The position numbers and the translations under genes were made by a program. A model generated the notes under the pieces. The model had not been told where the DNA came from and made no database searches. It worked only from the letters and a program-made list of their open reading frames with translations. Positions 39,802 to 49,743 of a DNA stretch of 64,000 bases are shown in pieces. Origin of the DNA: a virus (Duplodnaviria > Caudoviricetes); the IMG/VR virus record IMGVR_UViG_3300033076_000691, positions 1-64,000 of that record; one strand, 5' to 3'. Each line of letters starts with the position of its first letter. Position 1 is the first letter of the stretch.

Positions 39802-42800
39802 TTAGATTTTTTCAAATGTATATCCAAGTTTTTCTAATTCTCTCATAGTAGCTTCATCTACTTCATCTCCTAAAGTATAATCAACATTACCACCTTCTTC
39901 CCAGCTATCTAATGTTTTATATGTTTTAGGATCTACAACAAAGTTGTTTTCAATTAAGAATGGTTTACCACCAACTAATTTTAAAGCTTCTACGTTCTGC
40001 AATGGTTTAAAAAATGAACTTGCTGCAATTTGTTTTGCTGCATCTGTTGGATTTAAATAGGCATGTCCTCTTTTTTCCCAAGGATTAAGATCCCAAATAT
40101 CATTTGTTGTAAATTGTAAACCTTGTGGATGATCATTTATATCCCATCCAAATCCACCCATTACACCAAACTGATCATTATCCCAAACTTTACCTGTTGA
40201 AACACCTGAGAATGGTTGTAAATCATTTAATTTTGCATGTCTTGATCTTACCCATGGATTCCATCCAGCAATTCTCATTGCATCTTGTTGTCTCATCCAA
40301 TCATCAAGCTCTTGTTCATTTCCATAATTTGCTTGTCTTTTTATTCTATAATGCTCTCTAGTTAAATCTTCTAAAGGATTATGTCCAAAAGATAAACCCT
40401 GTTCATATCCTGATGCTCTTAAATCATTATACAAATCATTAAAGTAATCCGGACTATATGCAGTATTTAACATGCGGAACTTATTATCTCCAATTTGTTC
40501 TAATGTACCATATTCTTGTGGTAATCCTAAACCAACTGCCCAAGCATCTAATCTTCTTTGACCAATATCATTTAATTTACTTAAAGTAGACTGATCAAAA
40601 ACTTGCATTCTATCTTTATCAGACATTTTTTTAAACTCCTCTAATGGAATTCTTTTTATTTTTAATAATGTTTCAAGATGTGGTTGATGTCCATACTTTA
40701 AAGACATTCCTACTCTAAACGGTCTAGTTTCATTACTAACAGTATTTTTATATAACTCAGTAGGTAATGCTTTTACTTTATCTAAAATAGCATACCCAGC
40801 TGGATTTATTGATTTATATAATCCAGCTCTTCCTAACTTTCCTAATTCTGATAAACCTACCGGTAATCCATTTGCAGCTTTAGGTAAAAAACCACCATTA
40901 GCATATTGTCTTGTTAATCTATAATTTGGTACTTGTATTTCTTTTAAAGAGCTTCCTGGCACATTAAAGACTCTAGCTTGTTCTGTCATTCCTTTTTGCA
41001 ATAACATATCATTAAGTCTTTTGACCATTTCATCAGCAGTTTCTTGTTTTAATGATCTACCCGTACGAATACCTCTAGGAACTTCTAATCCTTCAAATAA
41101 GTTATGATTTACAGACATATAATTTAAAGGTATATGATTTTCATAAGTCATTTGCCAATCAGGTCTTTTACCCATATTAAGCAACATATTATATGAATCT
41201 AAACTTAAACTATATGGTTCTAGAATAGATGGGTTAGGTTTTGTAAATGCTTGATTCATTAACTGAAATGCTCTTCCAGCTTCAATTGAATTTGGCATCT
41301 TAGCAAGGAAATGAAAAGTATTATCATCTACACCTTTAACTTTTGGATTTGGATACAATGTTAAATAACCTGATTGATCTTTATTATAAATATCAAGAGG
41401 AAATGTTACATTAGCTGGAAAATCTGCAGGAATACTTCCTAAAGTTAATTTAGTTGGAGGTACTCTAGGTATTATTGAAGTTGTTCCTCGTACCCAACCT
41501 GATGGTGAAGGTACTTTAGATACTTTTGAAAGTGCATTACCAGCTTTAGTTATCATTCCATAACTAGCTTTAGTAAGTTCAGGAACAGATATATCTTCAA
41601 TAATGTAACCACCTTTAGCATATTCTTGAATCTCTTCTGGTGTAAGGTCTGCTTCAATATAATCTTCTTCAGTTGGTTTACCTTTTAAATAGTTACGGAT
41701 GTCTTTAGCAGCAGCTCTCATTTCAGGAGAGTCATACTTTCTTTCTATTCTATAATCTTTTCTACCCTTTGAAAACATACCAATACTACCTGGAGCAAGT
41801 TGTGCTCTTAACTGACCATCTATATAATTTTCATCAAATCTATCTCTACTTTGAGTGCTACCATTTTTTACTTGTCCTTCATACTCCCAAGTCATATCCT
41901 CACCTCTTGCATCTCTTACAGCTTTTTCAAAGTTTTGTAAAAGAGGTTGGTAGTTTGGATCATCCCGCATACCATGCATCATATCTAAGAATACATCTCC
42001 TCTATTAGCACCTCTTGGATTATATAAAGCAAGATACGTATTTGGTGATGGATTTGGATAAATATATTCAGGACCATTTTCTTCGATAAGATTATCATAT
42101 CTTATTTCAGGATTACCTTCTGGAAATTGAAATTCTATATCTCCGTAACCCACACTTCTAGCATCATAGTTAGGGTCTTTTACAATACTTAAATTCTCCC
42201 CTTCTGCACCATAGACACCCTGCATACCAGGATATCTTTTCATTAATCTTTTCTTGAACTTATCACCTGATTCACCACCATCTTGAAAATACTGAGAGTT
42301 AGGATCATAAATTTTATTTTTTCTAGATTTAGGTTGTGCAAAAAATGGATGCTCAGCAAGTAATCTATTTGTTGCTTCTAAACTTCTAGAGTATGCACGG
42401 GCATTTTTCTTTTTAGGTAACTTAGGAATACTACCACCTTTTTTAAAGTCTTCTGGTTTTTCTAAATCCGGAATACCTGATAGGTTATAATTAGAAGTAA
42501 GTTCCTCATTTGGTTTTATATCTCGTGTTGCAACCATAACAATATGGTCACCATTATCAACCTCTCTTACATTTGGTTCTTCACTATGATTATAATAACC
42601 TAATACAGTAGATGGGAATGGTGCTTGATATAATTCTCCATTTCTATTAAATACTTTTCTAATATGTGATATTCCAATAGGTTCTCCTGCTCTTATAGGT
42701 TCATTTGTAAACAAACCTTTACCTTGAATCTTAGATGGTTTTACACTTACTTGTTTGTAAATAGGAGTATCAACTCCTTCTTTAGCACTAACAAATTCTT

Positions 42801-44196
42801 TTGGTGATTCACCACCTTCTTTTTTAACAACTCCTCCATCTTTATTTCTTGCACCAGATCTATTCATAAGTTGATTATATGCATCAGATCCAGAAAGTTT
42901 ATTTGATGTTTCTTTTTGCCATCTTTCTAATGCAGAATTACGCAGTTTAATAATAACTTGTTTTCTCCAAGCTTCTAATTGTTCTGGTGTAGCATTATTA
43001 ATATCATCAAGTTTTAGTCCAAGTTGACCACGAAATTCACTAGCAATAAGTTTAGGGTCTCCTGTATACAACGGACTGTTAATATCATATGTATCAATAT
43101 ACTCTTTATATGTTCTTGGTAATGTATCTTCTCCTTTTGTTAAACTACTTAAAGAAGATTTATTAAGCATTTTTTTATTTGTAAAAGTTGGATTGTATAA
43201 GCCTTTATTAATTAATGCTTCAGTTTGCTCTGGTGAAAGTATCTTACTTCTAAAGTTTGGCATATAAACTCCAGGAAATAAATTAGAAAATAATTCATCT
43301 CTACTTGTATCTTGATTAAATGCGTTCCACATAGTCGTAGCTGGGTCTTCTGGATACATTTTATCAAATTGATTCCGAGCATTACGGTAATCAATTTCTT
43401 TTTGAAAAAGATTTATAATTTCTTTATCTGTAAAAAAATCTTCTTTTGACGGCATCCATTGAGGACCTGCTAGTTGGTGTAGAGCATTTTGAGATACTTG
43501 CCAACCAGGACTAAAATTTTTAAATTCATAATCTTTACCTTTAATTAAATTGGGATCATATCCATCAAGTTTACCAGAACCGTATAATGAAGAATATGCA
43601 TTTTTTAATCCTTCTTGTCTCCAATTAGGGTCTGTTTCTAATTGCTGAGTTGCTTCATTTAATATATTATAATCTTGTGGATCAATATAATATGCTTCTA
43701 ATCCTGCAGGTAAATAAGGATCTCCACCAAATCGTATTGGAAAGTAACTATCAATTGCAGGATTAGTTAATAAATTTTTAGTATCTTGAGTCATTATAGG
43801 AAACTTAGCAACAACTTTGGGTGCGGTATTTCCTAGTGTTGACATAATGGGTGGTAATCCCATCATTTTACCGGCTGATCCTGAAAATCTAGTAAGACCT
43901 CCCATTGATTTTTTAACCAATGATTTGTTATTTGTTGGAAATTCATCAACATAATCAGCATCTGGAAAATGATAATCTTGACCAGGATACATCATCCGTG
44001 GTTGACCAACATTTGGTTTTGCCATTACAGGATATGGTACTCCCTGCATGGTAATTGTATTAGAAGGGATACGAGTTATTTCTCCTGGATGTGCCCACTG
44101 ACCATTAGGATCTACAATAATATCTTTCTTAGCAGTTGGAGCTTTTGCATTACCAAGTTTTCTAAGAGCATCAATAAGTACTTTTTTATTATGCAT
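39802..44196 (-). CDS. Modular putative cargo protein (1464 aa) containing a SET-domain methyltransferase module
   Basis: SET signatures SKIQGKGLF, NHSEEPN and ATRDIKPNEELTSNY at ~42481-42760, bounded by KKEGG and FKKGG. Confidence 0.75.
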   Translation of the reverse strand: MHNKKVLIDALRKLGNAKAPTAKKDIIVDPNGQWAHPGEITRIPSNTITMQGVPYPVMAKPNVGQPRMMYPGQDYHFPDADYVDEFPTNNKSLVKKSMGGLTRFSGSAGKMMGLPPIMSTLGNTAPKVVAKFPIMTQDTKNLLTNPAIDSYFPIRFGGDPYLPAGLEAYYIDPQDYNILNEATQQLETDPNWRQEGLKNAYSSLYGSGKLDGYDPNLIKGKDYEFKNFSPGWQVSQNALHQLAGPQWMPSKEDFFTDKEIINLFQKEIDYRNARNQFDKMYPEDPATTMWNAFNQDTSRDELFSNLFPGVYMPNFRSKILSPEQTEALINKGLYNPTFTNKKMLNKSSLSSLTKGEDTLPRTYKEYIDTYDINSPLYTGDPKLIASEFRGQLGLKLDDINNATPEQLEAWRKQVIIKLRNSALERWQKETSNKLSGSDAYNQLMNRSGARNKDGGVVKKEGGESPKEFVSAKEGVDTPIYKQVSVKPSKIQGKGLFTNEPIRAGEPIGISHIRKVFNRNGELYQAPFPSTVLGYYNHSEEPNVREVDNGDHIVMVATRDIKPNEELTSNYNLSGIPDLEKPEDFKKGGSIPKLPKKKNARAYSRSLEATNRLLAEHPFFAQPKSRKNKIYDPNSQYFQDGGESGDKFKKRLMKRYPGMQGVYGAEGENLSIVKDPNYDARSVGYGDIEFQFPEGNPEIRYDNLIEENGPEYIYPNPSPNTYLALYNPRGANRGDVFLDMMHGMRDDPNYQPLLQNFEKAVRDARGEDMTWEYEGQVKNGSTQSRDRFDENYIDGQLRAQLAPGSIGMFSKGRKDYRIERKYDSPEMRAAAKDIRNYLKGKPTEEDYIEADLTPEEIQEYAKGGYIIEDISVPELTKASYGMITKAGNALSKVSKVPSPSGWVRGTTSIIPRVPPTKLTLGSIPADFPANVTFPLDIYNKDQSGYLTLYPNPKVKGVDDNTFHFLAKMPNSIEAGRAFQLMNQAFTKPNPSILEPYSLSLDSYNMLLNMGKRPDWQMTYENHIPLNYMSVNHNLFEGLEVPRGIRTGRSLKQETADEMVKRLNDMLLQKGMTEQARVFNVPGSSLKEIQVPNYRLTRQYANGGFLPKAANGLPVGLSELGKLGRAGLYKSINPAGYAILDKVKALPTELYKNTVSNETRPFRVGMSLKYGHQPHLETLLKIKRIPLEEFKKMSDKDRMQVFDQSTLSKLNDIGQRRLDAWAVGLGLPQEYGTLEQIGDNKFRMLNTAYSPDYFNDLYNDLRASGYEQGLSFGHNPLEDLTREHYRIKRQANYGNEQELDDWMRQQDAMRIAGWNPWVRSRHAKLNDLQPFSGVSTGKVWDNDQFGVMGGFGWDINDHPQGLQFTTNDIWDLNPWEKRGHAYLNPTDAAKQIAASSFFKPLQNVEALKLVGGKPFLIENNFVVDPKTYKTLDSWEEGGNVDYTLGDEVDEATMRELEKLGYTFEKI

Positions 44197-47100
44197 TATC
44201 TAGGGGAATACTGATTTTTACTATTGTTCATTTTAAGAATCATGTTTACATTATCACATTGTTTCTTTCTTAATGATACAAAATTAAGGTAGTGTCTGAA
44301 TTTTTTTCTTTGCATTTCAGGCTTACCATAATTCATATTATTAGGATTCAAAATTCTTGTGAATCCATCAGCTGCAGTAATCCATGTATTCTCACTAGAA
44401 TAATTACCAAGAAGAACAGTAGTTCCTGGAACCAATGGTCCTGTAGGAGGATAGTCTGATCCAATAGGAAACTCATCTCTATTTCTTGTTATATCCCAGA
44501 ATTGATTAAATCTATATTTATTTTCTTCTTTAGAGAAAAGTATATCATATGAAAACTGATTAGTACCAAGCTTTGGATACTGCAGTGATAAATTAACATC
44601 ATTCTTTGGATAAAGATTTAAGTTAAGATATCCAGATACTTGTTCTGAGTTATACACTACAGCTTCATCAAAGTTGTAATCAAGAACTTGGTGTTGATCA
44701 ATACAACTATTTCCATTTCTTCTATAACATTCAAGGATATATTCCATTGATCTAGTAGTCATTACTGACTGTCCAGTCATAATTGGAAACTCTATTTCCC
44801 ATCCTCTTTGTATACCATAGAAGTTACAGAATCCATCACAGATATAATTATGTTTCCAAAGCGTATTATTCTTAGTACTTAAGAAAATATCTTTAGTAGG
44901 AATAAGTAAATCCGGATGCCAGTCATGGAAACTTAACCAGTATTGATTTTTAGGGTCATAACTAATTGTCCATGATGCATCATCAAATAAGAATGGATCA
45001 CCTAACATATAAATGTTATTCTGATTATTATCTAGTATAAAATAATCACCTGACCCATCAGAATTGATTCCTATATATTTTACTCTACCTTTATACTCAT
45101 CTTTTAGATAATAGTCTTTTTTAGCAAAATACAATATAGTACTTGAGCTATCATATGTAGCTTGACATCCAATACCCGAAACCGGATTATCTTGATATGG
45201 GTAATTAGGGAAATCATCTGTCAGCCTGTATGGTAAGTATAAGATAAACCACCATTTCATACCAGCTTGAGAAATTTCCTGTAATCCATCTCCATAAGTA
45301 AAGATACGTCCTTGATTTTGAGACATATAGAAAATACCTACAGGTGTTGAAATAACAGCTAATCTATTTTGTGATGAACCAAACTCATATGATTTGTCTG
45401 CATTTGATACAGCTTGTTGTGGCTGTGAAAACAATCCACCATCTCCAATAGTAATCTTAGTATTTAAATCTGTCTCAAGTGTATCTACACCTTGGAACAT
45501 TAAAGGACTTTCATTTTTAAACGTAATGAATATACCTGATTTATTAATTGACTTTACACCAGATATTTGACCTTTAAACTCCTTATAGTTATTTACAAGA
45601 TAAATAAACCAACTATCTTTTGTTGCTTCAAATTGTTGCGGTAATGAATAGATGATCCTATCAGGATAATACGTATAACATAACTTAGCAATTTCAGGAT
45701 TGTAATATCTTGACTGAATACTTCCTGAAGAAAAATATTGATTGAATAGTTTAGAAACACTTAATGAATAGTCATAGATATATTCACTCAATCTTCCCAT
45801 TACATTAGGATTCATATCAAACATAGCAGGTAGATCTGTATATCTATATGGATCATAGTGTTTACCACCTTCTCGTGTGCTTTGTTTTCTAAAGTCAATA
45901 AGAACTTCAGACTCTACAAAGAAATCTCTAACACCAGAATTAGCTAAATAAAAGTACGCATCTCTTACAGAAAACATACCTTCATAAGCTTTACTAAGAT
46001 TTCCTGTACCAATACCTATACCCTCTTTTTGATCAGTAGCGTAGTTATAATATCTTTGAGTAATATTATTATTATTATAGTCTACATAATAATCTAGATT
46101 ATAGAATGCACCTGGTAAAGCTCCTGATCCAGGAACAGAAGGGCTACTTATACTTACAGCTTCTGATAAAAATGTTACATCATATAAAATGCTATTTACA
46201 TTAAATCTACTTTGAGGTATCATGTTATGTAAATAGTAATTGTATTCAAAGCCGTCCGGTTGACCATATAACCAATCATAGTAGAACATCATGTTGTTCT
46301 TCTCTGTATAACGGTTAATATAGGTATCTCCACCAAATAAAATAGGACTTCTTTGTATTACTGTAAAGTAATAAGTTTTACCATCTTTTGGACATGTCCA
46401 TGAAAGTGGTGGATTAGGTATGTTATAGTTAGCTAGTTGTTGCTCACATGGAGTAATTACAATTTGACTTTCACTTCCTAATTGACCATACTGATTTCTT
46501 ACTCTACCTTTTAATCCACCATAGTGACTTGCAATAGTTAAGCTAAAAGGTTTTGTTTTTTCATTTTCTTTAAAGACGGGTAAGTCTGTATTTAAAAATG
46601 CTGGGTCAGATGTATTTTGTGCAATTGTACCTAAGGTAACCAATGACTTATCCTGAACTCCAGAAGTAATTAAATTAGGTCCAATATTTACTCCATCAGA
46701 ATATATAGGATTATAGTATGGTCCTGACTTTGTTCTTACTGTAACTGCATCAGATCTTTTTAAGTTATTGATACTATAAGAATGATAGTTACCTAAATAG
46801 TCTTGATACTTTGTTACTTCTTGAAGATTGTCTCTTATGTAAAAACTATCTTCAATTCTAAATCTATTAAGATAAGTATTAGATAGTTTAGTCATATTAC
46901 TATAGTACCCATGACTTATTTGCTGTAATGCATACTGTCTATAAGGTGTAATAGTATAAAATAACTTAATTGCAATATCTGCACCTTCAGAAAAGTAATA
47001 TGAAATTTGATTAAATGCACCTAGTGTTCTAGATACAGGATCTAAATATGCAAATGAAGGTAATTCAATAGTCCCTCCAAGAGTTAACTTTGGTATTCCA

Positions 47101-49739
47101 GCATTATTTGCATTTGTATTTACTGTAGTAATTAAACTATCAACAGCACCAGCATATGCTGTACCCCCATAACCATTGGCTAACATTGCAAAAACATCTG
47201 CAGCGGCAGTACCTGAACTATAATAAGTATCTAAAAAACTATTAAAAGTACTAACTGCTGCACCAATACGACCTGGAGCACTACTTAATGCAAGATTTTG
47301 TGCACTTGAGTCTTCAATAGTACCACTACCAGAAGCAAATACAATTGGACCTGTACCACCAGGACCTCTATACTGTTCAGTATATGATTGTATTGTTGGT
47401 TGATTAATGATTCTTTTACCAATCATTGAAATAACTGCTTCAGCAAGTCCAGCAACAATAGCAGGTAAAACAGCAAGATTATTTAATAGTTTAAATTTAG
47501 GATGTCCGTTTGGTTCTTGAAATGCTAAGTCAGCATAACCATTCAATGTACCATATACTTTAAACTCTGTAGTTGACAAATACGGAGTTCTAAACATTGT
47601 ATCCGGAGAATGGAATGTAAAAATATCATTTGGTATTGATTGATTAATTACATTATCATCTTTGTCTACATTTTTAATATACGGATCGTTATATAAATAA
47701 TTATGATCTGAAGAAGTATTTGAATACCCAATTGGTTTAATTGTGTTGTATGGATAGTTAGCATAAAGTCCTGTTCTATTTTGAGCTAATGATCCTCTCA
47801 ATTGAAAAGTTCTAAAGTTATTAACCATACCTTTTGCAATAATGGTCTTATTACCTTCTCTTGAACCTCTTAAGATTTCATAACCTACAATGCCGGGAAT
47901 ATCATTACCATCTTGATCTTTAGGTGCAACAATGTTATCAAAGAACACACCCATCAATCTTATGTTATACTGATTACCTGAAGTTGCCGTATTAGTAGTA
48001 GGTCTAAAATGTAAAGCATCTGTGCTATTACTATTAGCAATAAAATTTTCTGGAAACTTATGATGTCTAATATGTTGCCCACAAAGATCATGTGGACCTA
48101 TTGTTTGACCAACAGGAATTTGAGCACCAGGACCAGTCCAACAATACGTGCTTGAATTCCATATATCGGGTCTATCATCAGGATAACTTTCTGTAGATTC
48201 CCAATAACCCATTTCTCCAATAGCCAATAAAACTCCACCATCATCTAATACCCACTTACCAGCATTATTTAATGTTGCTCCAGGTATTGGTGTTAATGTT
48301 GGATACATAAGTTGAGTTGCTGTGTTATAAACTTCAAATACTTTATCATCTGTAGATAAAGAATTTTTATCATTTATATCATCTGCTTCAAATACCGGTG
48401 TTCCATTTGGAAGAATAAAAGTTTTAGGTGCTCTTCCTGGAATATGATACGATGATGATTTATCTCCTGTATTATAAACCCATCTAATAAAAAAAGTATA
48501 AACTTCATCTCTTAGATAGTTTGTTTTGTTACCACCTTTCATGTAGTAATCAGCAGGATATTCAACACTTGCCCATCTTGTTTGAATAAGATTTGCTAAT
48601 GGTTGATAGTTAAAATCAAATTTAGATCTTGGACCTACTCTAAGTAAATAACTATTTACTTCTGTTATTTGATCTGATGTTTCAAATACAGGAGTTGTAA
48701 TAGGAAGCTGCTCAAGAGGAATTTTAACAAGACTTGGATTAATCTGATCAATAGCAATTTTTGTAGTCTTAGTTGAATAAAATCCTATTTGATTTGCAAC
48801 AGTCTGTTGATTTACAGCCTGGACAATAACTAATACAAACTCATCAAAGTTTACTGAATCAGCACTAACATCTAATGTTAATGAACCTTCTAAATCATTA
48901 GCTGAATATACAAACTGATAGTTACTTTGTGAAAAGTAATCTGTTACTTTTTGTCCTTTTATTGTATAAGCAATAAGTGCAAAGTATGTACCATTAGCTA
49001 GAGTACCTCCGGATTGTCCTAATGTTAAATTAAGACAAGGTGTTTCCATTAATCTTGCTAATCTTGTTGCTTCACAATTTAATGAATTAATAAATTCTAC
49101 AGTACTACATAAAACCTGATTTGGTTTTTCATTCCATACTACACCAGGCCACAATAAATTTGTAATTGTTCCGTTACTATAATAGTTCATAGTAGACGGT
49201 CCTCCACCTATCCATGTATAATCTAAACTTGGCCAAGTATTTGGATCACCAATATTAATATATCTATCAGGATTAAATCCATCTGCCCAATATACTTGCC
49301 AAGAACAATCTTCTTTTTCTCTTGCTGAACCAGAAATAAGATATCTTTTATCAAAGTTTAAACAAGGATCCTGAACTATTTCTCTATATCTACAAACATC
49401 TTCTTCTAATAAACCTATCTCAGATGTAATTCGTTTACCCAAAGAGTTATGTCCTGCAGTAAAGATTAGCCATTTATCTGAATATAAATAAATAGCACCA
49501 ATAATATATTTTTGTGTAACAGTAGAAGGCATAGTAGCTCCTGCAGTACCACATAAAATATTTGATGTTTCATTTGACAATGTACCAACATCTCCTTCAA
49601 TGGTGTTATTTACAACATTGATTGCATGAGTCCACATTCCTTCAGATACGAATGAAGGATCGGAGTCTTTATTTAATCCTTTTGTAAAAGAATTAGTAAT
49701 AGTCTGAGAAGTATCTTGCGGAGATTGTTTCTTTGCCAT
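44196..49739 (-). CDS. Tail muzzle / tail stabilization protein (crAss-like)
   Basis: N-terminal SFTKGLNKD motif, beta-rich composition, C-terminal WTISYD...WLSFHDW motif, position after the ring protein genes. Start moved to MAKKQ (49739) to avoid overlap with the upstream gene ending at 49744. Confidence 0.75.
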   Translation of the reverse strand: MAKKQSPQDTSQTITNSFTKGLNKDSDPSFVSEGMWTHAINVVNNTIEGDVGTLSNETSNILCGTAGATMPSTVTQKYIIGAIYLYSDKWLIFTAGHNSLGKRITSEIGLLEEDVCRYREIVQDPCLNFDKRYLISGSAREKEDCSWQVYWADGFNPDRYINIGDPNTWPSLDYTWIGGGPSTMNYYSNGTITNLLWPGVVWNEKPNQVLCSTVEFINSLNCEATRLARLMETPCLNLTLGQSGGTLANGTYFALIAYTIKGQKVTDYFSQSNYQFVYSANDLEGSLTLDVSADSVNFDEFVLVIVQAVNQQTVANQIGFYSTKTTKIAIDQINPSLVKIPLEQLPITTPVFETSDQITEVNSYLLRVGPRSKFDFNYQPLANLIQTRWASVEYPADYYMKGGNKTNYLRDEVYTFFIRWVYNTGDKSSSYHIPGRAPKTFILPNGTPVFEADDINDKNSLSTDDKVFEVYNTATQLMYPTLTPIPGATLNNAGKWVLDDGGVLLAIGEMGYWESTESYPDDRPDIWNSSTYCWTGPGAQIPVGQTIGPHDLCGQHIRHHKFPENFIANSNSTDALHFRPTTNTATSGNQYNIRLMGVFFDNIVAPKDQDGNDIPGIVGYEILRGSREGNKTIIAKGMVNNFRTFQLRGSLAQNRTGLYANYPYNTIKPIGYSNTSSDHNYLYNDPYIKNVDKDDNVINQSIPNDIFTFHSPDTMFRTPYLSTTEFKVYGTLNGYADLAFQEPNGHPKFKLLNNLAVLPAIVAGLAEAVISMIGKRIINQPTIQSYTEQYRGPGGTGPIVFASGSGTIEDSSAQNLALSSAPGRIGAAVSTFNSFLDTYYSSGTAAADVFAMLANGYGGTAYAGAVDSLITTVNTNANNAGIPKLTLGGTIELPSFAYLDPVSRTLGAFNQISYYFSEGADIAIKLFYTITPYRQYALQQISHGYYSNMTKLSNTYLNRFRIEDSFYIRDNLQEVTKYQDYLGNYHSYSINNLKRSDAVTVRTKSGPYYNPIYSDGVNIGPNLITSGVQDKSLVTLGTIAQNTSDPAFLNTDLPVFKENEKTKPFSLTIASHYGGLKGRVRNQYGQLGSESQIVITPCEQQLANYNIPNPPLSWTCPKDGKTYYFTVIQRSPILFGGDTYINRYTEKNNMMFYYDWLYGQPDGFEYNYYLHNMIPQSRFNVNSILYDVTFLSEAVSISSPSVPGSGALPGAFYNLDYYVDYNNNNITQRYYNYATDQKEGIGIGTGNLSKAYEGMFSVRDAYFYLANSGVRDFFVESEVLIDFRKQSTREGGKHYDPYRYTDLPAMFDMNPNVMGRLSEYIYDYSLSVSKLFNQYFSSGSIQSRYYNPEIAKLCYTYYPDRIIYSLPQQFEATKDSWFIYLVNNYKEFKGQISGVKSINKSGIFITFKNESPLMFQGVDTLETDLNTKITIGDGGLFSQPQQAVSNADKSYEFGSSQNRLAVISTPVGIFYMSQNQGRIFTYGDGLQEISQAGMKWWFILYLPYRLTDDFPNYPYQDNPVSGIGCQATYDSSSTILYFAKKDYYLKDEYKGRVKYIGINSDGSGDYFILDNNQNNIYMLGDPFLFDDASWTISYDPKNQYWLSFHDWHPDLLIPTKDIFLSTKNNTLWKHNYICDGFCNFYGIQRGWEIEFPIMTGQSVMTTRSMEYILECYRRNGNSCIDQHQVLDYNFDEAVVYNSEQVSGYLNLNLYPKNDVNLSLQYPKLGTNQFSYDILFSKEENKYRFNQFWDITRNRDEFPIGSDYPPTGPLVPGTTVLLGNYSSENTWITAADGFTRILNPNNMNYGKPEMQRKKFRHYLNFVSLRKKQCDNVNMILKMNNSKNQYSPR

Positions 49740-49743
49740 AATC

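Noticed and set aside
28643-44196. CRISPR-like or DGR-like interpretation of the repeated linkers
   Set aside because: Repeats are conserved mainly at protein level and irregularly spaced. No reverse transcriptase, cas genes or template/variable repeat pair was seen.
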